Assembly: GCA_964016885.1 (NCBI GenBank) | Contig: OZ024746.1 | Location: 37,386,001 to 37,450,000 of the forward strand | Source of the DNA: Eledone cirrhosa | Taxonomy: Eukaryota | Direction of reading: 5' to 3' | Length of the DNA: 64,000 nucleotides | Part shown: in pieces, positions 25,763 through 39,484 of the stretch | How positions within the stretch are numbered: position 1 is the stretch's first letter | How the letters are laid out: every line of letters starts with the position of its first letter | Made by a program: the position numbers and the translations under genes | Notes under the pieces: generated by a model | Told to the model about the DNA's origin: nothing | Databases searched by the model: none | The model's input: the letters and a program-made list of their open reading frames with translations, nothing else

Positions 25763-28700
25763 TAATGTCCGGTGGATATGCTGCTCATCACCCTACAGTA
25801 TTTGCTATCCAAATGATATAATATAAATACATAAGTATGATCACATTATATTTAAAGTGTTTCCTTTGATGTAAGGTTTCAACCAGAGAGAAACCATCCA
25901 TCCATCCTCAAGATAAACACATCTCAGCTGCATTTATGTTGTAGTGTTCCCTGTTTGAAATAGCAACCATATTTCTCAGAATTCACCAGTTATCATACTT
26001 AGAAAAGCTCAAGTAATACTGTATGATATAGTGTGAGACCTATGCTTTTAGATCAGTACGATGCACGATTACCTTTCAGCTGTGAGTCTGAAAGAACCAG
26101 AATATTTATCTACTCCCTAATCATGAAGCTCATGGTGTAGAGATATAACGTACATCTATTCACATCAAAGTTAACCCAACGGAATGATCTACATGATAGT
26201 TCGATCTCAATGCCAAATTGAACTTCATTTTATGAACAATTTGCATTCAATTCCACATTGACAAACAAAACAGCTGCCAGCTATATAATGCAATAACTTT
26301 GATAGACTATATCACTCACTTACAAACATTGCACTTTTATCCATCCATAACATAAATCAATATTTACCTTCATTAGGCCAGTAGATGACAGAATTATTGG
26401 AAAACCGTAATAAATGCCTCAAAGTAGTTGTTTGACCTTTTTCTTACAATATCATATACTACTGAGGTTCGTTTATCTGTCATCCGGCAGAGGTCGATAA
26501 AATACGTAAAATAAGGTATCGGGGGCAATTTAATCAACTCTGACTTTCTTCCAAACTTTATAGCCTAATATCATTCCTAGATGAAAGTTAAATCGAAATT
26601 GAATTCCCAAATCTCTTGTTTTATCTTCTTCTGATTGTAAATATGTCAGAAACCAACAGAAATATAGTAAAATGTGGGCCTGTGGTTGGAGGAATCCAGG
26701 TTAGTGATCACTAGCAGATATAATAAATTCAGAGTGAATACCCAAGTGGCAAGACTTAAAGTAACCCTTCAAACATAATATAAGATGAGGATAGTGTAAA
26801 AGAATTGATTATGCCTGAGAATATAGAGAATTTTCTTATAAAAGATTACTACTAGGTGTTATCAAGAGACACTTATGACATAGCCCTGGTGACTATAAAC
26901 ATTATACCCTCGCCTACCTCTTATCATACTCTACTCTAGTAAATAAAAATATATATACATTTGAAAAACTGAAACGAAAATAAAATAAAATAAACATATT
27001 TTTTATCACACTTTCCTTCATTTGAAGGGTTAGACAAAAAAAAAAAGATGTTGCACAAATTAGATAACGATGAGTAACAGAATTTTGAATTATGTGAGAT
27101 ATAATGACTGGTTCAATATTTTCAATCCGTTCCTCTCTGTATTCAATATTTTGAAACGGAATTTAAATATTTAAAGTCAATTGAGATGAAAATTAAGTCA
27201 TGTTGTTTATCACTTGTAATTCTTTTGAATTCGATAATGTCAATCAGGATTTAATTGCAATCTGATGATATTACACGCTATTTCAAGTGAAAATGTTTAT
27301 AACTTTCCTCTTTAAAATATCTCGAGACCTTTGAAGTATATTTTTTTCTATTCCTTCGTTTTATGTTATGAATTTATTTTGTTGCACATGGGAGGTCTAG
27401 CGTTAACAATTTTCTCATTTTGATACGCCTGCACTTGTGTTTACAAGAATAATCTAGTAGTACGTAGTTTAAACTGTCATGATAATTTATTACGTTTTCA
27501 TCTTGGTTGTGTCTCTAGAGAGTGATAGAGAATTTCTTATTCTGTTTTCTTTGTAGTTGAGTTATATTTAGTTTAAAGGTAGTAATACAGTTTAAAATTA
27601 CTTTTTTATCTCATCTAAAATGTGTTGAGTTATAGATTCCTAAATATCCAAAATATATTATTCAATCTGGTGGTATAAGTTTTTTGAAGTTATTTCTATA
27701 AAATTTCGATTTTCAACCAAATACAACTACAAACATATTAATATTTGGGATGGATTTAAGTCGAAAAATGAATCATGAAAATGCACTTCATTAATAACCT
27801 TAAAGATCCGAATGGGCCAGCGGTATGATGTCGGATTAAGTACAAGGACGTACAGATACAACAGCTATTTTCCAGCATCAGATGATTTGGCTTCACTTTT
27901 TATGCTAATGTTATAATCGGGTGACTTATAATACACGCAATAAAACACATTATTATATTCATGTTAAGGGTTTATCACGTTGCATTCGAATGCGCCTTTT
28001 TATATTATCGTTGTCAACTTTGCAGGTAGTATTGTAGGAAATGATTATTGTGTACAAAAAACGGATAATTCGGTAGGAGACTGGGAACAAAAGAGCGTGA
28101 CGTAGATGTACCAATATCTGATAGTGTTCATTCGCTTTGTGAGCATAGATCTCTTTCAAAGACGCCTTTTTCTTTTATGTATCGAAAGTAGAAATCGAAA
28201 TGATATATGCCAGTCAAGTAGCGAACCAGATATTATCGACTATTAGTTTAAAACTCTTATCGCCTGTGGAATGTTATTCAAAGTAATATAAGCAATCCAC
28301 TACCAACCAAAAAACACTTTGCTCAAGGATTTCAGAATGGAATAATGAAGAATGGAATACACATTCCTTTGATCTTGGTCAAAGCCTGAGCTCATACTTA
28401 TATATACAACTAATACAAGTATAAGTATATATGCAATATACATATATGTATACAAACAGGGTCATTCAAAATAATTCATATCAATGTCCTGTTCCCAAGA
28501 TTGTCACATTAAACTATGTATTGCGAATTAGTGTTATAATATTGACAAATTTTGAGGAATTAATTTTAAGCTATTCAACATTAAGGGAGTTTAGACTGGT
28601 TGTCCTAGACATTGTAGTTTCTGGGATATTTACAATCATTTCTTTAAAACACCTGTATGTAAATATGGTTGGATATGTGTGCGTGTGTGTGCGTGCATGC

Positions 28701-29050
28701 GTATGTGTGTATGTGTGTGGGTGTATATATGTGTGTGCGTGTGTGTTTGTACATTTAAGTGTGTGGCTGTGAGTACATTTAAGTTAAAGAAATGTTATAG
28801 ACGAAATATATATTGAGATCTAATTATTTTAAAAGTGACAGAAAATGTTTGAAACCGTTTCGATGTATGCATAAATAAAATTATTTCGTTAATGTTCAAG
28901 AAGGGAAACATAGACGCATACACACAATGCTGTATGAACATAAACATAACCACATGTTACCACGCACACAAGCACACTTTCACAATACACGCTCTTTCTC
29001 TCATACGGATATATATACACACACATACACACACACACTCACATACATTA

Positions 29051-29149
29051 TATATATATAAAGGAATCAAATAAATATATATATATATTTTTAAAAATAA
29101 GACTCCAGTTGCATTTTCGATTTCATTTCTTTTCTTTATATTATATATA

Positions 29150-29223
<74 letters not shown>

Positions 29224-29484
29224 GGAGAGAGACAGAGGGAGAGAGAGAGAGAGGGAGAGAGATTAGAGCAAACATCACGGGCACTCTATCTCAAAGTTAT
29301 TTTTGTAAAGCATTAGAAATGCGCAACTGGTAAAACTTAAAACCGAAACTGAATAGTAACCAATGCTATTACTAATTTTTGCTTATTCCTAATGAATCTA
29401 TTTTTCACTGGGAACATCAACGGTTGCGAATTTCTAATGCTTTTCAAAAATAATTTTGAGATAGAGCCCCCGTGATGTTTGCTC

Positions 29485-29575
<91 letters not shown>

Positions 29576-29700
29576 GTAGTTTAGAAAGCCATATATATAT
29601 ATAGTGTATATATATATATAAAGAAAAAAAATTAAATCGAAAATGCAACTGGAGTCTTATTTAAAAAATATATATATATATATTTATTTGATTCCTTTAC
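29051..29700. repeat. About 650-bp composite palindrome (family C ends, (TA)n, (GA)n/(CT)n and an inner inverted pair)
   Basis: 29061-29155 pairs with 29590-29697; 29261-29327 pairs with 29423-29490; microsatellites are mirrored. Confidence 0.88.
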
Positions 29701-29730
29701 CGATTTCGCAGTTCTTCTGCTTTTCAGAAG
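29695..29730 (-). ncRNA. Minimal hammerhead motif, C3/A8 variant
   Basis: Minus: CTT-CTGAAAA-GCAG aagaa CTGC-GAAA-TCG-GTA-AAG. Confidence 0.7.
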
Positions 29731-31003
29731 TAGATTTGAGTGCACATCTAGACATTTGCGCAAACTTTACCTTTGCGCTGACAATACAACAGAACAAATA
29801 TGAATAAATAAGTAAAATATGTTTATTCAAAAATATAAACCAGCATTAAGTATGGTTTAATATACATTGTGTCAACACCATAACATGGTAACCATCCAAA
29901 CAGACACTTACACACACACACATAACACCTTCTACTTTAAAAAATAAAAACCCGAACTAAATAAACCTTAACATACGTTTGCGCAGACAATATAACAAAA
30001 CAAATACGAATAAGTAAGGAAAATATGTTCATTCAAAACTATTCCTACTAACGAAATCATATTCCTACACACACACAGACACACACACAAAACATATATT
30101 CTCTTCATTTTAACATGCTAACCATACTCCCACACACACATACCCCCCCACACTCAACTCCCTCCCCCATTTCTACGAATAGAATCACTTTCCTACATAC
30201 ACACACACACACACACAAAATATATTCTCTCCATCTCAACATACTCCCACACACACACACATAACACCCATAACACACACAACTCTCTGTCATGTATGCC
30301 AATAGAATCATCTTCCTATACACACACAAGCACGCAAATAAACATACATATGTCTACTTTATTTCAATAGAAAATCTGAACTCTGACACCCCAGCGAACT
30401 AGCCATATTCACTGAACCAGAACAATTCTCCCATCCCATTTCTCTTGACCATTCTCTTGCTTGTCATAAAATTCTCTAAAAGGCTACACAATAAATTCCC
30501 AAATACGGGCTCAAAATTTAATGAACTTGCTAACGTGACAGTCATAATTTCATTTATACCCAATCAAATGGCATTCTTAAAAAAAAAGCCTTCGTGAGAC
30601 ACTTTTTTTATTGTCATAAAATTGTCATAAAATTCTCAAAAAGGCTACAAAATAAATTCCCAAATACGGGCGCGCATTTTAATCAATTTCTTCACGTGAC
30701 AGCTATAATTTCATTTATAACCAATCAAATTACATTTTTTTTAAAACCCTCCGTGAGCCGCTTTTTTTAAGTAAAAAGAAATTCAAACAGTCATATATGA
30801 AACAACACCTGAGCCCACCCCCCCTTGTTTGAAGAACTTTGTAACCCGAACTGGCGTGAAATGTATTATACTTATTGCCAATCCAATGAAACAACTTCTC
30901 TGAAAAACATGGCGTTTCGAACCACTTTTTTCCATATACAATAAGTAACATTCAAAGAGCAACCAGATGTGAGAAAAACCACAGACCCTCCATCTCAACT
31001 CTA

Positions 31004-31039
31004 CTTTTGAAAAGCAGAAGAACTGCGAAACCGGTAAAG
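31004..31039 (+). ncRNA. Minimal hammerhead motif, U3/A8 variant, palindromic stem III
   Basis: CTT-TTGAAAA-GCAG aagaa CTGC-GAAA-CCG-GTA-AAG; stem III ACCGGT is palindromic. Confidence 0.78.
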
Positions 31040-31171
31040 GTTATTTTTAAATAAACTCCAGTTGCATTTTCGATTTCATCTTTTTTTCTTTATAATTTCA
31101 CTCGTGTGGGACACCTCGGTTATTTTTCATTTTGTAAAAAAAACCTCACTTTCTAATATATATATATATAT

Positions 31172-31265
31172 AGTAATAATAATAAATCTGAAGAGTAAAA
31201 TCCAAAGAGGGCTGAATAAGGATAAATATATATCAAATATATATGAACCGTAGAGGAAATATTTA

Positions 31266-31272
<7 letters not shown>
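31172..31272 (-). mobile_element. Family B orphan tail between (TA)n tracts
   Basis: Reverse complement of about 18594-18692. Confidence 0.8.
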
Positions 31273-31341
<69 letters not shown>

Positions 31342-31790
31342 TATATATATGTGTGTGAGAGTGTGTGTGTGTGATATGATTATATCATTTTCTGTAGATC
31401 ATGAAAACGACACCATGATGGGTCAGTATGCATTTAATCCGTTTACTGAACGGTGAATATTTTAGGATTTTATTTTTAAATACACGTTCAAAGAAACCAT
31501 CCGTTGACTATTCATAATGTCGAACGAGAAACAGGAAAGGCCACAAAATGAACTGAGATAATGTTTCTATCATATGATAATAAGTAAAAAGGTACCAATG
31601 AGATGATACGTTACTAAGTGGAAAATCTGATGATATTGGACGGGCAACCATCTTAATATCTGAAAACTTCTACATGCAATGTCTAGAAATTAGTAGCTTC
31701 GATATTCACTAAATGTATTCTATATTAAATAATCCATTACGAATACCTTAACATGCAGGGTAAGCAACGGGAAAAAAAACTGCACGACAT

Positions 31791-31841
<51 letters not shown>

Positions 31842-31845
31842 TATT

Positions 31846-31908
<63 letters not shown>

Positions 31909-31998
31909 GTATTTATATATATGTATATATATATATATATATACATAGAGCACTCTTCACTCCTATGAATTTTTCAATTTTCAACGGAAACTTCAATA

Positions 31999-32045
<47 letters not shown>

Positions 32046-32078
32046 CATATATATATATATTATATATATATGTATATA

Positions 32079-32179
<101 letters not shown>

Positions 32180-32207
32180 ATATTTATATATATGCATAAA
32201 TAAATAT

Positions 32208-32240
<33 letters not shown>

Positions 32241-32572
32241 GAGAACTGTGTGTGAAATATAGATATGAGAAGTGTGAGAAAGCGCAAGAAAGAAAGACGG
32301 AATCATTGAATACCAATCAATCTTAAAAGAACATAAATTACTGGAATGATCAAGTGTGGTAGGAAGACTATCAGATATTTAGATTAATGCATGCATACCT
32401 CGATGCACTTTCTCTCTCTGTTTCTATCTCTACCTCACTCTCTCTCCCTCTCTCTCACCCCCTATGTATACATATCTATCTATATCTATGTATCTCTATC
32501 ATTCACACACACCTCACTAGATTAGTATGGGTGGTCGTATGTCTTATATATAAACGTATGAATATATATACG

Positions 32573-32624
<52 letters not shown>

Positions 32625-32641
32625 CATATACATATATATAT

Positions 32642-32726
<85 letters not shown>

Positions 32727-32761
32727 TATATACATATATATATATATATACATACACACAT

Positions 32762-32838
<77 letters not shown>

Positions 32839-32965
32839 GGTGCTATATAATAACATACATGTGGGAGTATATAAATTTAATACACTCATTCAAACGCACA
32901 GACACATATAGACATACACGCAAACACGCATACTCACACACAAACACACACACACACACACACAT

Positions 32966-33055
<90 letters not shown>

Positions 33056-34102
33056 TCACGTAGCGTTGTACACAGGCTTGTTTATATATTTAAGAGGCCA
33101 ATATTTAATTGGTTTTATATTCAATTTTGTGAAGCGCGCACGAATATTTTCCTATTAGTATTTTATCCCATACTTACCTATATTTCCTTATTTGGCTTAT
33201 TTTTTTAATAATTAGATATTTTTAATCTATTATTCGATTGGAATGATTATTATCGACTTGTGCTTATTTAATTTCACCGTAGTTATTTTATTAGTTCTCT
33301 TTGCCATGTCTATGTAAGAGCTATAGAGGCAATATCTTCCAATAACTGCATACGTTTTAGTCGGGAGTGCATATAAGTACCATTGAAGTAAAATAAATGA
33401 TTCGATAATCTAATAACTACTTAACTTGTAAGGCTTCTAATAGAATATAATTTGAAGGTATTCGTGCTTTCATTCGTATACATGATCAGGGACCCTCACG
33501 TATGCGCCTATCTTCCCTTGCTCTGTAGTTAATATATATATATATCTAAAAGGTAAATTGTCTTTGCAACCAAACCATTAATTTAGGTGTTGCTGGGATA
33601 TTACAGCTTAAAAGTTTAATTCATGAAATGATACCCATGTACTTTCGTTCGTTCCGAAGTATATTGTATGATGTTAATAACCCAATGATAGGTGCTGGTT
33701 CAGTGGAATATATAGAGGGTAGCAAGAAATAACCTTGAAATATATATTCATATAATACCTGTTTAGGGTCTGTTCTGCGTTATTCGAACAAGATTATAGT
33801 CAAAGTCTCTTCAGCCTTCATTATAGAATTTGTATATCACTAGGGATTATGTATTGTGTAATTTTAACATATTGCGATCCGTGTAAGATATGGCTACTAT
33901 TTCTATCACATAGATCGCATGAGTTTCAGCTTATATTATTTATAAATTAAAAATGAAATAGGATTTCGCTTCAAGCATAGCTTTATACAATATGTATAAA
34001 TATTTCGTATCTCCAAGGAAATACGGTTTTAGGAAGCCGTAGCTATGCAAACACCGGGAGGCTAACGCCCTCTGGTGATGTCCAGCAGAAGCAAGGAGGA
34101 CA

Positions 34103-34146
34103 ACCGTCTATGCATTTCAGGCTTAACTGGCCTTCGTCAGGACGGT
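34103..34146 (-). ncRNA. Canonical minimal type I hammerhead ribozyme
   Basis: Minus: ACCGTC-CTGACGA-AGGC cagttaa GCCT-GAAA-TGC-ATA-GACGGT. All stems pair perfectly; ATGCAT palindromic stem III; AUA triplet. Confidence 0.9.
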
Positions 34147-36040
34147 CCCTTAGTAAAGATGATCTAGCGATTATTTTAATACATTTAGCCTCGGTCAATA
34201 ATATATACATTAAGTACAGTTGTGTATTGAACAAATATATATTTTTTTAAAATGTAACCGTGTATTTACTACTATGTCTACATAGTCTTCATTTTCGAAG
34301 TACATAGTTAGAGATATGGACGTCTCTCCTAGGTGTTCATTGAGGCTCATCTCCTACAATACCATAAAGAGGTTGGTCACATCCCCAAGAATGTCAATTC
34401 ATACGGTTTTCCTGGGCATATGTTGTCCATTGTCATCGAATGTATGCCCTTTCAATATCATTATTGTGCTATCCCCCACCCATAAATGCAATCAGTTTCC
34501 TTGTCCGGTCATACTTTTTGGAGTTCTCTATGGCTCCGATACCCTTGTTTCATCTTTCTATGTCCTTCAAGTTAATAGTTTGTGGTCTGTAACTTTGGTT
34601 GGATAGATGCTGCTAAAGGTGAGCACTATTTTATTGTGTAGAGTATAATCATCGAGAAGGAATAGGATAGTCTGTAGTTGCTGTAAATGTTAGCACTGTA
34701 TGTTCTTCCCATTCCTTGCGCGTATCCTTCATTTTTTTTCAGCTTCTTTATGTATATGTCTATAGTAGCTACTTATGTCTTTGCTATTTAGTTTTATGGG
34801 AGATGATATTCCTTTGTTTACGACATCATCGTCATTGCTGTTCTTTCGGTTGTTATTGTTTCTGTTTGAACTGTCTTAACAAGATAGAACTAGGGTCATA
34901 TCGACCCCTGAAATCCATGACCATTTTATTATACTGGAAATATGCCTCATAGTTATATTGTGTAATTCATTTCTTTTCCATCACTCAAAACTATCTCTAA
35001 TGTATCGTGTAAGCAGGTAGAAAATAAATAATCAGCTGTTAGATATGTGTACGTACTTACTTTCGAGAAAATGTTCGATGTAACATTTATGGAGAAATTG
35101 TAACGGACACAGTAAAAATGGATGATTGGGAAGTCATGTATGTCAGTATGTGCTTACGTGTGTAGGGTATGCGTTATATGGTTTTGTACGTAAACGTGTA
35201 TCTGCAAAGCATTATCACTATCAGTTAATTATGACTATCAGTTAGGATGTTCGTGATACTCTTTTCAACCGTCATATATTGATATCTTGTTTCCATATAA
35301 TTGTATATGTGTGTCTTTATCGAGCATTGTGTTCGGATGGTGTCAAATTAAGTGCGTGACTGATACGAACTGTAGTATTATATTGGAACTAGGAAATTCG
35401 CGAAGAGCGAGCTTCTATTTACGAAAATATCCCTTGCGATTTAAAACGTTAACGGAATGTTTTAGCTTCGCGAAGAAGAGATTGTTTTCGTTCCACCGTA
35501 CAAAATTACGCTTTCGTGACAATGTTGATTTTCGCTGAGCTTATATGAAAAAAATTCAACCGATAGTGTATTATGATGTGCGTTACTTTATAAACCGGAT
35601 ATGATTGGGCAACGCCAAATTACTTACTAAGATGTCATGTTAAACAGATCAATGTCTAAACATAATTCGAATGATAGATATGTATTGGTATTTTTTCACG
35701 AAATGAATCTTATCTCTCTCTCTCTCCATCTCTCTCCCCCGCTCCATCTCTCTCGATTATTCTCTTCCTAAATATATATACATGAATAGGTGGTTGGGTG
35801 TGCGTGTATAGTATGTACATTACATGCATACACACATGCCTATGAGTGTCCATATGGGTCAACATCTTATTTTCCCACTCCTCAACCAATGTACCCACCT
35901 ATACCAACTATGTACTATCAACCAACCATAATTCACCCTGTAAGTCTCCTTTAACATACTATATTCCTATATGTATGTGTGCAGATAGTTTTACCGCCAT
36001 GTGGAATGCATGGGCCTATATATATATATATATGTGTCTG

Positions 36041-36079
<39 letters not shown>

Positions 36080-36502
36080 ACGTGTGTGTGTGTGTGTATG
36101 TGTGTGTGTGTGCACGCGCGTGTGTGTGTATGAGTTTATGTATTAGAATTTATTAATTACGTGAACTTAGAAAAAAATGTATATTTAACCAGCATATGTA
36201 ACGTATATTTTCTGATATTTTGAAATCATCCACTTATGTATTGTTAAATGAATTAAAGAGAAACCCTGTTTCATGTGCCATTTTTAATATATAATATTAA
36301 TCAAATTTTCGATGCTGTCACCCACTGAGTTATGACTTCAATCAAGTTATATTATCCAATTAAAATAAAGTTAAATTATTGTATTAGCACACTGTTCTTC
36401 CTATCTTGTCAATGCAAATACATGCGTATATAGAAAACTCATTCATACAAAACGACATGTATATGCATGTAACACGTTGTTGATTGCAACTCTCTCTCTC
36501 TC

Positions 36503-36592
<90 letters not shown>

Positions 36593-36634
36593 TACAGACA
36601 CACACATATATATATATATATATATTATATTTAA

Positions 36635-36667
<33 letters not shown>

Positions 36668-36752
36668 GATACATACATAGATACACACATAGATACACAC
36701 ACACATACAAATATAAACATACATATATATATATATATATATATATGTGTAC

Positions 36753-36792
<40 letters not shown>

Positions 36793-37457
36793 TTAGATAT
36801 TTTCAATTGAATTATGTATCAATAAGTCATTCACTGAAAGCTGTAGGAATGTAGAAACTGAATGAAGTATTTAATAGGAATTGAATGCGACCGTGACATT
36901 GATTATTTGACGTCAATATCTGACAAACAAAAATCGGGATAAATGCCGATATGACCGCCAATATCTATGCATATATAAATGTATGGTCAGATCATGTTTA
37001 AGTTAATAGCACCACCTGGCGAAATCTTTCAAATCATAATTCACATATCAATCATGTTTTTGTACACAATTCTAGAATTATAGATGTTGGGACACATCCG
37101 TGTGTACTGTGCGTTTATCTAGACATGTCTAGTGAAATTTGTGGAAAGGCATTTTGTTCTTATGTGTTTTAGTGTGATGATTCAGTGAGCGGTACCATCT
37201 GGGATAATTCTGCAATAATGTTGGATGAGATGGAGATTATTGTAGTGGGAAGGTAATATGGCCCCATGTTTTAGAAGGATTTCAAAAATGATGAAGGTAT
37301 AATTTGAGCAATGCTACTGGTATATTTTCCGAATCGTACAGATGCTGGAGCGCTCTTACCGGCTTTGGAGAGTGTAAAATCTTAGGTTGCCTAGTCGGCC
37401 CCAACACACAATGCCTGCATTGCCGTCTATCTATTCTGTAACTGACGTATGTGTTGC

Positions 37458-37583
<126 letters not shown>

Positions 37584-37730
37584 AGTATTAAGTTGTTAAA
37601 AATATTCGATGATTATGTCGAAGAATGAGTTTTACAGTAGATTGGAAGCACTCAACGGTAAAAAATATTCAGGAGATATTAATATTAAAATATAAGTATT
37701 AATAAAATAGATATTCTTTTGATCAATTAC

Positions 37731-37783
37731 ATTTTATTATACATATTTCGGATGTACAAAAGTACGTCCTCATCAGACAAAAC
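37731..37783 (-). ncRNA. Hammerhead motif in PLE pLTR
   Basis: Minus: ttTTG t CTGATGA-GGAcGTAC tttt GTACaTCC-GAAA-TAT-GTA-TAA taaaat. Confidence 0.78.
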
Positions 37784-38644
37784 ATAATGATACATGACAT
37801 ACCCTGAGATGTTAAATGGTTAAGATGTAATCAAGGTAGTGATTACCCGATAGTAAATTTTACTTATATAATATCTGTGTGAGAGTGCGAAAATGTAATG
37901 AATTCATTAAAGTGTGTGTGAGTAAGAAAAAACGTTGCATACTTAAAGTGTTCTAAAATTTTAAATTGTATGATACTAAAATATATTTAGGGAAACATCT
38001 CATGAATCAAAACAGCCAGTGATAGCCACTGGAAAAAGATGTATAAGGAGGGAAAGATAAAGTGTGGGTTTTTTCTTTCGAAAGTTAAACGGTTAGAATT
38101 TGAAAATATTTAATTTATAATATTAATGTGAAGACTCCAGATTTCAGGATTAATTGCTTTTTATTTATATATTATTTATATAAATTAGATAAGTGTGTTA
38201 TCATTTCTAAACTTCTGAATTGTGAGAATAACATTTTAAAGGATTTAGTTGGCACTTAAAGAATGAAATATTATACTGTTGATTAATTACCTAAATCTAA
38301 ACGTTAACAAAGATCTCAACATATTAGTTATGTAAAGCTTTTGAAGTACTTATTGTTATAAATATTTGAATAACTATTATGTATAGGTATATATTAATGA
38401 GTCAGTATTTATAAGGTAAATAATACCGACGAAGATAAAAATAAAATAAAATAATATATTACGGATTATATGTATACATATATATATAATTGGTGTAAAT
38501 GTACTAATTATTTTTCAACCAAGATATCAACATATTATTAGATATAGGGATGTATATATATATATATATATATTAGGTATTATTAATGTAGTATAATTTA
38601 GGTAAATGATAACAGTTATACTCTTAACAACGTGTCACATTCAA

Positions 38645-38725
<81 letters not shown>

Positions 38726-38914
38726 AAAAACAAACAATGAGTGCATGTATAAAGTTCAAAATAATGTCTATAATAATTTTAGTTTGGATATGTTCGCTAT
38801 ACTTGAATCATGTATGGTAGGTATATTTTAAAATATTTAATAAATATTTAATAAATATTTAATAAATAAATATTTAAAAAATAAATATTATAAAACATTA
38901 TATTATGAATAAAT

Positions 38915-39035
38915 TGAGTTCAAATCCCGCCGAGGTTAACTTTGCCTTTCATCCTTACGGGGTCGATAAAATAAAGTACCAGTAATACACTGAGTATTGC
39001 TGGCCTTGTGCCTAACGTAGAAACAATTATATTAT
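38915..39035 (+). mobile_element. SINE (5'-truncated) inserted in the PLE 3' UTR
   Basis: Runs from the B-box gagttcaaatccc to gtagaaacaattattat. Confidence 0.9.
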
Positions 39036-39484
39036 AAATAAATAAATAAGAGATCGAAAGTATAGCGAAAAGTTTACATTTATATATAAGTCTGAATCCG
39101 TCTCAAGTTAGATTTTATAGTGCAGTAAGTATATTTAAAAGAAATATATGCTATATTATACTATAAATAATAGATCAAAAAGTCATTAAACATTTGGAGT
39201 TATAGATAAGTTTCGTAAACATTTTTGGATTGGGTATTAAAACTAAAATTTAAAAGAGATTACAAATGTATTAAAAATTCACAGTTAAATAAATTCAATA
39301 GATATGTAAGGATTAGGTATTGTACTAAATTATAGATAAATGATGGTGTTGATTAAAGTTAACAAATAAAGTTGTGTGTATCAATGTTTAGGCATGCTAA
39401 TTGAAATATTGTCATTCATTCTCACGTTGTTTATTTCTATAGACATTTACAATATAAAGCAATATTAAAGGCTATTGATGTTTT

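Larger units (their letters stand above)
29620..31157. mobile_element. Family C element with inverted hammerhead-containing terminal repeats (PLE derivative)
   Basis: 29620-29740 is the reverse complement of about 30995-31092. Internal direct duplications (29775/29980; 30462/30622). Tail at 31092-31157, then (TA)n. Confidence 0.75.
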
